From Stylophora pistillata (Eukaryota), in contig NW_019217806.1 in the NCBI RefSeq assembly GCF_002571385.2, forward strand, positions 1,223,644 through 1,287,643: a stretch of 64,000 nt of DNA, given 5' to 3'. Position 1 is the stretch's first letter. Every line of letters begins with the position of its first letter. Position numbers and translations under genes: made by a program. The notes beneath the pieces were generated by a model. The model did no database searches and was not told where the DNA came from. It saw only the letters and a list, made by a program, of their open reading frames with translations. Below are positions 40,101-52,100 of the stretch, in pieces.

Positions 40101-43100
40101 TATGCCATCAGCAGCATAATGTGATGGCGTATGTATTCTAATCTAATTCCCTCAAGTGTGTCTTCTAAATGGGCCTTGAACTGAATTCATGTATCAGTTA
40201 ATCAAAACCTGTTTCCAAGACATGCTTGCCCGTTAATGTTGTATTTTCCTTTTGGCCATGTTTGACCATTTCATTTCAGAAATGGCCCAAAAAGCAGCTG
40301 CCGTTAAACGGCTTGAAAAAAATCAACGTCAAGCTGCTCTGGAAGCAGTTAAGATGGCCAAAAGAGAGAGAGGTTTTTATCCAATTCACATCTTTATCAT
40401 TTGCTGGCATTGCTTTACCTCTTGCAACCCATTACTGATGCAATGAATGCTGTAGTTATAGGGGTTTCAATAATGTTTTAAAGGTGACTGCTGATTGTGT
40501 GACTAATGGCTGTTCTGAAGGTGAAATCTAAACATGAGAGTCTGCGTGCAGGCCAAACAGACAGCACTGAAAGGGTTTTACAGGCAGCAAGAGACTGACA
40601 GTGACCAGCTTTTATCCAAAAGCTTTGAGTTACCTCTGTATTTAAGTAGTTGTTGCCTCTACTTTTTTGACACTCAAATTTGAATTGTACTACATTGAGG
40701 TTCTGGTTCTATGCAGCAGCTGTGTTTTCATCTCAGGTCAATTGGGTGTCTTTGATGATGAAAGGATTGCCTGTGATGTTCCTCTCTTACATAGGATAGT
40801 TTATTTGGATTTGGAACTTGTAATAAGTTTATTTATCTGGTAATAACAGAATGTTGACTTCACTCTTACACCTAGAAATGTTTTTCATTTATTTCCTCGT
40901 AGCAGAGGCAAGAATGCGGAACAAGGCAATGAAGAGAGAAGCCCTTCTGGCAGCACGAGAGGCTAAAAAGGAAAGGGGTTAGTATTATAGTTATTACTTT
41001 TAATTTCAGGTATTAAAGCAGGGTTCTGCCTTTCAGATGTTAACCGGTTAGATTTACCACCTGTTGTACCTCGTATTAGTATCTAAAGTTGCTTGGAATT
41101 CTGGAAAATGCAACAGGTAAAAGTCTTCCTCTACTGGTTTGAAAATTTCTTTTACCTGTTGTGCTTTAAGTAAGGGAGAATGTTGTTTACTCTTTTACTC
41201 TTAAGATCTTATTAGTAATTTTCCTTATTGACTGCCACACAAGGAGAAATTCTGCCTTGGTCACTCATGGAAGTTAAAGGGTTAAACGCAAGAAAATTTT
41301 TAATTTTGTTATTCATTCATTGTTTTCAGTGAGGATGCTTGCGGAACAGAAGCGACTTGCTAAGGAGAGAGCTCGAGAGCAGAGACAGCAGGTGAGTGCA
41401 AACCATCTCTTCAAGTCTTAACTCTTGGATCATTTCCTTGGACTGCACCCTGTCATGGTAAAAGGTGTTGCCACTGGCTCATCTTGGGCAATGATGGTGT
41501 AACACTGGGTTGTTTAGTGGAATTTCTGGAAAACCTCCCTTTAAGTGGCTGTGGAGGTGCTCTCTTGCACAGATGTGCAGATGAAAGGATGCTGTGTCCT
41601 GGGAGACTCTATTTGAGTCTTTATCCTGTCCTTTTTGTTAGCCATTTGGCAATTTTGGCCATGATAGCCCTCCCAATACTGCCTCTAAAGGTGGTCTTGG
41701 TAAATGCACTTACAACAACATTTTTATACTTGTTGTTTCAGGCTCGGCGAAAGAAAAAAGAAGATGCTGCTAATGCTAAGTATGAGGATGCTATGAAAAA
41801 AGCAAAGGTTAATGAATTATGCTTGGCTTTGAGAAGTTGTACTGTAGTAATAGGGTAGAATTACTTCATTTTTGTCGTCAAACATTGGGTGTCTTTATTC
41901 TCCTGAGCATTGTTAAGATTTCTGTGGTAGTTCAGTGTCTTGCTCGTGACATCAAGATATCTCTATTGTGAAAAGGTTGTGGTTATTTCTGGTGGTGAAA
42001 ACATCAGGTTAAGTCATACTTAAGCCAAGTGAATCATCAAGCTGGAGCTTATCCTGCCTTTCTTAACATGAAGCAACTAGAACTATCACTATTTCTTCGT
42101 GGATGGCATGGCAGTCCATCACAAGATTACCCTCCAACCTGATATCAGACTTAACCGACAATTTCAGGGTTGTGGTCTAGCAGCACCAGGTGGCCCCTGG
42201 CACCCTACTTTAGCTCTTGGGTGACTTGGGAATTTTAGTTTTTTTTCATATAAAAACGTGTGCTGGGCACCCTGTATTTCAAAGTTTCAGAGCGCAGGGC
42301 TCCCTTCAGTTTTTCTTAGAGCACAGCCTTGAATTTGCCAGTATCCATTTATAGACAAAGGGCTAACGCTCGAAACGTCAGCTTTTATAATCTTAACAGT
42401 GGCCAATTTACCATTTCAACTTTGTTGATAAATTCAAATTATTTTGTTACCCCCACCGACGCAGCCCCAAACAGTTTCTTTACAAACTATCAGCCTTTAT
42501 CCATTTATAGAGGTTTTGCATGGCAGCCATGTTGCATGGCAGGAACAATGAAAATATTTTGCATAAGAAAGAAATTTTTTTCCCATGGGAAAAATAATCT
42601 ATTGTTCCTTTCATGCAACGTGCCTGCTGTGCAAAACCTCTATACACCTGGGTGGAGAAAGGCACTGTGAGAGTTGTCTTGTACAAGGACACAACACAAT
42701 GTCTTGGCCGGGTCTCAGACCCAGGCCTCTCAACCCAGGCCTCTCAACCCAGGCCTCTCAACCCAGAGTCCAGTGTACTGACCATCAGGCCAAGGTGTCT
42801 CCCACTAAAGATACATAAGTAATGGAGTATTATCTTTTGTCTCGTAATGTGGCCACTTGATGTGGCTTCTGCTGTTTTTACTGTATTCTGCTTGTCTTAG
42901 TTAATCAGGCAATGGAGATGAGTGGTTTGATCAGACAAATGACAAGTAATCATTCCTAATTTCGTTCTTTATCCCAGGAAAGGGAACTTAAACGTCAACA
43001 AGCAGTTCTTCTCAAGCAACAGGAAAAGGAACAGAAAAAACAACAACAAATGATGATCAGAGCTATTGAATCTCAAAGGAAACAGGAGGTGTGCTTAGGC

Positions 43101-46100
43101 CAACATGATGTAAACAAAAATATGAACTAGTAGATTATATAGAAGCCTAAGACATGAGTGATAGGCCAACATGTGGTGCACAGACATGCTTGGCACAGGT
43201 ATTGAGACAGACCCCCAGGTAGGCAATGCAATCAGACCTGTACTAAGAGAAAGACAGACCATCAGACAAACAAAAAGAGAGAGGGAATGACTGTCCAGCA
43301 TAGACACAAAGACAGAAATTAACAAAGAGACAAACAGAGGTACAGAGTAAAGAGGGACAGATTGGCATCAGACAGACTGACCAACAGACAAACTGACAGA
43401 AAGACAGACATGAAAAGAAAGAGGGCAAGGATGAACAACAGACACTCAGACACAGGTCAGCACAGACACTCAGACACAGACATGCCGAAAGACAGATAGT
43501 CAGGCAGACAGACCAGACAAACAGATCAGACCAGACAGACAGACAGACAAGACCAGACAGACAGACAGACAGGAAAAAAAGAGAGACCAGCAATCTAACA
43601 TTGACAGACAAGTGGACAAAGGGACTGGCAGACACGCCGACAGACAGGTCAGCTAAGAGACTGATTGACCAGTAGTTGTGCAGAAAGACAGATGGTAAGG
43701 CAGACACACAGATAGACAGACGAACCCAGAGACAGACAGAGGTACAAAGGGACAAGTCAGCAACCAGACAACCTGACCGCCAGACAGACAGAAAGACAGA
43801 CAGACTGGCATCACAGCTGAATGATATGGGATCATTCACCAAACCTGTTAAATTGTGTATGGTAATGAAATGATAACACTCTCTGGTTTGTTTTCAGGAA
43901 CGTGAGAGACTTAATGAAGAAAAGAAGATGGAAAAGAAGTTACAGAGAGAGAAAAAGCTTGTAAGAATTAGGAACTTTGTGTGATAGATTAACTTTGAAA
44001 ATTCAGATTACAGTGATTGCGCAGGGTTTTTTCAGCCACGTGGTCTCCAATATACATGAAGAAAATGTGTAAAACAGTTAAATTGATTTTTTTTGAGGTT
44101 GGCACAAAAATAAATGTGATTGCATTTTCTCACAGGAACAAAAGAGAAGAGAAATGATCTTAGCTCGTGAACTTAAGAAGCCTGTAGAAGACATGGTGCT
44201 CAAGGACAGTAAGGTAAATAGACATCTACTGAGCTGTATATTGAAATGATTTTAAACATTTGTTAGAAGCATTCACATTAGTAACCAGTTGTGCTACAGA
44301 ACCCTCATTGGCGAGTTTGGCCATATACTAGATTCAGATACAACATCATCCTGTATTATGCTCTGATCAGCAACGTGGAAAGCAAAAAGATTGGGGAAGA
44401 AAACTAGGTAACTTTTAGGTTTTTTTGCAGAACCAACACAGTAACTGTCAGATATAGAGATAATTTGAATTAATAGCTTCGCCAACCGGCAGGGACACCG
44501 CAACAGCTTGTGCCAATTACTGCGGGCCCAATAAAACCACCCATCCCACCCCAGGGAAGGACATCCATCACACAGTAATCTTGTGCATGGGAAATTAATG
44601 TCTCCTACCCCATCCCTGCAGGAGATGGGACCTCCATTTATTCGTCCCTATCTGAGAAGACTAGAATATCTAACCATTTCTTGATGTTATAGAAAGGCAG
44701 AAAATTCTTCTCAATTATTTTAAGACCCTAAGTGTTGATACCTTATTTTATGGTCAAACATATAAAGGGAGAGGATTTTTTGCGAGTTGTGTAGTATTTT
44801 TTTTTTAAGTCTGTCAGGGCAAGGAAAGTGTCAGCAATGAGCAAAATGTCTGCTGGTGTTATATGTTAAAGTATTAAATAAGGGACTACCATTTCAATAT
44901 CTAGTATTTTGGCTAAATCAGGGGTTTCATTAAAATTTCAAGTAGGTAGCTGGTTAGTGAGAGTAACCGACTGTACCAACAAGGGGCCGTCAGGCCTCTT
45001 AATCTGGGGGGTCTGGGGGCATGCCCCCTCTGAAAATTTTGACATCTGGAAGCTCTGAAATGCCATTTCTGGAGTTCTGGAGACCAAATTGAGTGCAAAA
45101 GATGAAGGAATACCCCCTATCAACAGCAACATTTTTTTTTATTTTTACAATACTAATAAGCTGAAAATGGAAGTTTGCATGCATTTCCTGGAAGTTTAAG
45201 GTCATTGTCACTAAAAACAATGGAGCTAAACAGAATCACTTACTACCGGTAAGAAAGCATCCAGTTGCGTTTTTAATCTTTCATCTATTTGTCTTTGTTT
45301 TTTTTTCCCGCGAACCCATAAACAGTTCGGGGGTGAAAAACATTCCAAGCTTCTCTGCCTACCCACCAGGACACCCGCCAGACAGGCGCCAGAAACCGTG
45401 ATAAGAACAATTAGCTGTAGCTTTTAACTCNTGACCAACGAGTCGCATCCGATCTTTTGATAATTATTTAATTTTGAAATTGAGGTAAAAAGTTCATACA
45501 AGCCCATCAAAATGAATTTTAATTTAGTTTTCAAAGAATCTTTCTTTAATTATTTAAATTTAGGGAAAATGTAGCCGACTTCTCTGAGCGAAGTAGCTGA
45601 CGCTTTTCGTCAGCCGTCGGTGCTTATTGAAAGCACTGCTAAATATATTGCAAGGCCTCATCTGAGCATCTTACATTCACTGCATAGCTTGCATAAGGTA
45701 CGCCAAAGACAAAAATAACACAAACTAAACCTTCAAAGTGTTATTATGGCCAGCAAAAAAAAACCGAAGTGCTCAAAAAGTTTTTTGCTTTAAAAAATGT
45801 TTGCTCTGTTCTACAGTGTAATACTGCACATGGCATTTTTTGCACATTCTGAAATGGCGTCATTGGGGAGTAACAAACATGTATCTAACCCTTCCTCTAC
45901 GTGCTTAAAATGCTCTCCTATCTTTCTCCTCCAGGCTTTACCAGAGTTGATGAGAGTCTTGGGTCTCCAGGTACCTGGTGGGGCATTTGCTGACTTACTG
46001 ATGGTGCAAGAGTTTGTATACAACTTTAGTGATGCTTTAGAATTAGGTAAGAAGTTCTTTAGTGCTTCAACTGACAAAAACCTTGTATATCTATGTACAC

Positions 46101-49100
46101 TGCTGATGTAACATCAATTCCTAGCCAAGTAGCCTGACTATAGAGTTGACTTGAACAGTTTTCACTTTGCTCAGATTCTACAGAAATCCCCTCTCTTTGG
46201 GAGATGCAGTCTTCATTGTTAAATGACAGCAGTGAGGATGTACTCGTACCTCTCTGTCAAAGTCTTCTTATCTCTGCTCTGGAGGACCCAGGCTGTGAGG
46301 GGCCAGATGTGAGTTTTAATTGCTGTCTGAACACTTAAAGAGATGTATACTACAGAAACAAAATCATTTTTTCTATCCCTGCTAAAATTATTTTTGTTAT
46401 CTGTCAACAGTCATTCACTGTGTTAGGAGTTTCATTGTCCAAAGTGGAGCTGAATGAGACAAATTTCTCTGAAGTGTTGAGACTTTTTATACTGGCAAGA
46501 AATGCTGGGGACCCACATCCAGTAAGGAAAATAGTTAATATCCTTGGGTATGATTTACCTGCCAAGGCACACGCATTAGTGCCAACATCCTCTGAAATCT
46601 TTGGAAATGTTCTTTAATAGTTGGACTGTCTTTGATAATGTATGAGGGTTATCACTGTCTTCTTGAAATTTGAGCAATATAGGTATGAAAATCAGAGAGA
46701 TTTGACTTGGGAAAAGTTGACTAATGCAGGCAACAGTTAGAACATGGGTGAAAAAATTTATTGTGTTGTGAGCTTGTATGGGTGAGGGTTTTCCTGAAAA
46801 CAAGTTTTGGCAACAAGGCTAAACTTGAGTCTGATGTTAAACTCAGCTCAAGGTGTTGAGAAGTTTGTTACTGTTAGTAGTTCAGAAAGCCACAAAACTC
46901 TGAAACAAAACTGTATCTTTCAAACTGGCACTCTTAATCCCCCATGGTATTAAGGAACGCTTTTCATTCAAGTAATTCGTTCTTGTGTTTTTCATGTCAC
47001 CATGTTCCCACCAATAGCATAGCTCCATCTTTCTGCATCTAAACCACGCATAACCCACAACTGCTCCATTTGCTCATACGAAGGGCTAAGCATCCAAATG
47101 TCAGCTTTAAAAACTCATTTGATAAAACCAAATTATTTTGTGATACACCTCAGCGACACAGCAGCACATTGTGTTTAGACACTTACCCCACTTATTTTAG
47201 GATTTTGTTTCTTTACAGCTTGCAGATGCTCTTTTAAGTACCCCTTTTCAAGCGCTGACCACGTCAGACAAGGCAGGAGTTTTGGCTTATCTCTGTAATG
47301 AGCTGCTATGCAGCAGAAATATATGCAAGTAAGATCATTAATCTTCTACAATTACACTGCTTTAGCGTGTGAGGAGGTCCTCATTAAGCACTTCATCACC
47401 AGTGTCTCTTTGTCCACAGTCAAGTATGAGGCCAGGGGCAACGCGAGTTGGTGAGATGTCTGCAAGGGGTCTGGGACTGGTTATTAGTGCCAGGCCCCCA
47501 GCAAACCTCTCCCCAGTTCGTGTTAAATCTTTCTGCATGTGTCCTGCAGTGCTAGTAATGACTGAGGGCCTGCTAACAATGCTTAGTTGCTGGTCTCTGC
47601 TGATTCCTTTAATCCTCAAACAGTTGATAAAGATGAATCTTGATTAACTGTTTGTTTGTTTTTTTTTTGTATTAGGGAAATTGAAAGTAGCATTGAGCAC
47701 ATGTCAAACTTAAGACGAGACAAGTGGGTTGTGGAAGGCAAAATCAGAAAGTGAGTTCATTAATTTTTTTTTTAAACAACTGAGATTCGTCATTTGTATA
47801 ATTAGCCTTGAAAAAAATGAATTTTCAGGGCAACTTTATTGTATTAGATCAGTGATTCCCTCTGTTTTGGCTATAACTATCTTAATTTGTTTTTCATACT
47901 CAGATTGAAGGCGATTCAAGCAGAGAAGTACCCTGTTGTGAAGGTGAAAAAGCCTCCAGGACGCCCTCGAGTTGTTGCAGACCCTGATGCCGAGAACAGC
48001 AACTCCGTAGCAGATGACAGCATGCAAGGGAATGAGGATGAAGAGGAGGAAGAAGAAGAGGAAGAGGAGGATGACGAAGAGGATGACGATGACGACAATG
48101 GAGAGGGGGGTGGTGATGGGGCGCAGTCTAGCGAGGAGTCTGAAGAAGAAGATGTGAGTTGGCTGATTTTTAACAGTAGGCAATTTTACAGTTTTGCGCT
48201 CAGGTGTCAAGCCTTTGATTAGGAGTGAGGCTGAAGGTGACCTTGCTTTGATAGAGACCAGTATCAAGTTAGCATGATAACAAAGTAATTCACATTTGAA
48301 AAGCAGGCATATTTGTATCATAAGAAGGTCACCCTTAGCCTCACTCCTGTTCAGAGGCTTAGCAACCAAGCATGTAACTGTAAAATGGCTATTGGCTTGT
48401 GCTTTAAAAGAGAGATGTAATCGTTTGTCTCGCAATGTGGTCATTTGGGGTGTAGATTGTGACGTTTCGACTGCATACTCCTGGTCTTCTTCAGGCAATG
48501 AGGTCAACTGGGTACGCGTTACCAATATGCTGTTGTGCACAGCTTTGATTGGATGGAATTCCACGGCTGTGATAGGTGCATTTTTTCGGTCTGCTGGCCC
48601 ACGGCTCTCCTGTTGTTATGTTTTTTGATCGTTGGCATCTTGGCTTCTGGGATTTAATTTCTTCTGTCCCCATTAATGTTGTCAGGGTGGAGTCTGAGGT
48701 AAATTAGCTTGTGGCCTCAATATTTCTGTCTTGGGATGGTTCATGAGACGGAAGTCCCACTTAATTGTCACGCGATAGAAAAGTCAGGCAGATCTGATTG
48801 TTTTAGTATAAATCTTCGCATTTCTCTGAAGTTATGGCGGGGGGATTAGTGTGGTGTATGCAATGGCAGGGTATCGACCTGCAAGACTTGACTCTATTTG
48901 AGTTAAAGTATATCTCGTATTTCTTGTTAGGATGCCACTGAGCCCACGACTCAAGAAGAACTGGAAAGAAGGCTTAAAAAGCTTGAAAAGGTGAGTCGTA
49001 TTTCTCATGGGCAAAGCACTGTTTTAAAGGAGCTTATTTCTTGGTTTGTCTAATATCATTTTCTTTCCTAGTAAATGGTATTGCATTGCATGATAAAGAT

Positions 49101-52100
49101 AATCATGACAAAACTGGTGTGAAGCTGCCACTTTTCGTGTCCCCAAATTGGTATGGGATTTTCCCAGGCTAGAAAGTGTGACACGTTAATGAAGGTTATT
49201 TATCTACTACTGAATTACCTTCTGTTTACTTGAGAGAAAATTTCAATTGAGTGTCAAAAATAATCCGAAAATTGTAGTAGCCTTTATTTCCTTCCCTGAT
49301 TGGTTCAGAAAACTCGTTCCACTCTCTCTCAACTAATCAGATGTAAAGTTAACACCAATCACGACTGGGTCGCCTGCGTTTTCCCGCGCTTGAGGCCGTT
49401 TGTTTTTAATTTGAGTTCTCATTGGCTCCTCAAGGTATTTTCCTTTTTTTTGATTGGCCGTTGTCATTGCTTTTTTTTCATATTGATGAAATTAATATGC
49501 TTTTTCTATTACCTTACAGAAACATGCACAATTCCGTTCCAAATTGTTCGGTTCTTCTCATGCTCTGCGAGCTCTTTGCCTGGGTCAGGATCGTTATAAA
49601 AGACGCTACTGGATCCTTCCTCGTGGAGGAGGAGTTTTTGTCGAAGGAATGGACACAGCAGAAAAAGAAATAGTCCTTGATATAAAACCCGAGGGCGAAG
49701 AACCTGAGAGTATGCAAGTTGAGGGAATAAAACAAGAACCGAATTCGGAACACGGGAAAGAAAGTGTGGTAGGAAATCATAGCGGTGGAGAACCAGGCCT
49801 GAAGTCCCCCACAAACAATTCACTCAAATCTCCTCTAAAATCGCCAAACGTCTCCTCATCTCTAGAGAATATTTCCAAAGCAGATACGAGCACTGGGAAC
49901 GGTGCTCCATCAGGCGACGACAAAGGAGGCTTGAATAACGTAAATGGAAGTGTGCTCGGTCAAGCTGTGCAGCCGAAGCTTAACAACTCGTACATTCAGA
50001 CTGCGGCGAGCAGGAATGCTATGGAAATTCAACGCATTGAAAATCTCTTCAGAGATGAAGCCTCAACTTCAAAACCTGATCCATCACATCAGAAACTTTT
50101 AAACGTATCACAAGAACAGGACGGAAACAGAAGACCTTGGTTTAACCTGCTTCCACGCATGCCCTGCGACGAGGCATCGCTGACTCTCTCTCATAGTCCC
50201 AGCAGTGGGCACTTTGTACCAACCTACAGCAAGAGAGGTGGAGATGCAGAGATTGGAAGCACCCCTCCCCTCAAACGTCCCCCGGGTCGACCACCAAGGA
50301 TTGCTAATCCAAATTACGACAGCACTAATCGTTTAGCGAGCCCTGAGAGTAGCGCTTTACTGCAAAACGTCGCTAAACAAACGACAACAATTCAGTTTCT
50401 TCCTCAACTACCTGTGAAGAGGCCCCCCGGAAGACCCCCGAAATCGTCCTACCAGACTGTGAACTTGGTGTATTTTGATGGGCATCCCGGGGGGGACTTA
50501 CCAACGTCCACTCTAGCGCTGAGTACTCAGTCAGCGTCAACCATGTCGCTGTCATTTGAGGAGTTGAAGAAGAATGTTTTGGAGTCTCTTATGCAGGAAC
50601 CTGCTCCTATCCCACCTGGTAAGTCTTTAACTCACAATATCTGATTGTTAATTCTTCTCTCTGCTTCTACACATTTCACTGTAAATTAGTTGCGAGAATT
50701 TGCTGTTAGATCAAGGTACTGTAACGACCACTTGTTACGTGTTAATCACACCTGGGAGTCAAAGGGTTATTTTTGGCCTTATCTTGTCACAAGAAAGCTT
50801 GTAGTAATGGAAAACTTTGAGATCTGCGAACGCCTCCTCTAGTTGTGTTGCCTCAAAAACGGACAGTGTTGTTTTCAACCTCTTCTTTAAGTTTAGGAAT
50901 TGTTTCTAAATCTGTCAACGTCAGTGAAACAATCGCAGTTTTAAGAGTCTTTAAGAGTCATTGTCCCACTTAAGGACCTTGAGGAAAGAGGATATTTTCT
51001 TTTTTTTGAGTTGACCTTTTAACTCCCGACTCAACTTTAATTCCCAATTTCAATTCTTCGTACTGTTTGCCATACATTTCTTATAGTGTTTGCTCAAAGT
51101 GTAGTTTCATATCAAGAAATATCCCTTGATATTTTTACTTCCTGTTTTTTTTAGAGTTACAACACGGTTGGTGGAGGATAACAGACCCTGCTCAAGTAAA
51201 GGAAATTGTAAAAATTTTACACTCGAGGTAAAGAAACCGTCTAATATGCTAGTTATTTATTTATGACCTGTATTTATCTGCTTGCAAATGGAAACACTAC
51301 GTCAACGTCGAGTGAAATGCTAAATCCTTTCACGTCCAACACCGAATATTTTTACGCAAGGAAACTTCCTACTTTTCCTTTTGGTTGTTTGTATAGTCAT
51401 CGCGTGGTTTTGATTTGTTTTGCAGAGGAATAAGAGAAAAGATCCTTCAGAAGAATCTCCAGAAATATTCAGAGTATGCCAACAGCTCATGTACAAAAGG
51501 CGACCGAGGTGAGTAACCTTACCTTAAACCAAGAACTGAAAGTAATAGCAATCTAAGCGCGGGAAAACGTGGCAGACCAAGTCGTAGTTTGTGTTAGTTT
51601 TACATCTGATTGGTTGAGAGAGTGGTGTGAGTTTTCTGAACCAATCACAGCGCAAAGTGAAGGAAAGCCAATGCAATTCAAAATTACTTTCGACACTTCA
51701 TTGAAAATTTCTCCAACCCTGGAATTAACACTGGAAGAATTAACAACTATTCCCTGAGCTCGCGTTGGATATGGGATGGCAAATAACCAACGAGACATGT
51801 AGCGCCGAATTGGCTATAACCAATCTCGTATTCGACAAGCGCGAATGGAATAATTGTTTTTATTAATTTTCATTAAATCCTGAAAGTTTGGATATTTGGA
51901 GCCCAGCTCTACAGCAGTTTGTGACTCGGAATATGAGTTGTTAGTAGAATTTCAGAGCTGAGCAAAGAGTTTCCAGCAATCTAATTGGTCGTGCGGTTCC
52001 TCATATGACGCGTTTATATAAAATATTAAAATAAAATGTTAATAAATGTTACTAAAATGTTATGATTTTAGAAATTTCTCTGTTGTTCAGCTCTGAAATT

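Noticed and set aside
40755-40765. C-box ATGATGA suggesting a C/D snoRNA
   Set aside because: No downstream CTGA D box before the next exon.
43243-43842. 199-aa Cys/Leu/Ser/Val ORF
   Set aside because: Translation of the (TGTC)n microsatellite.
47836-48564. 242-aa minus-strand ORF
   Set aside because: Chimeric read-through of a Penelope remnant, a MITE and the antisense of an acidic exon.
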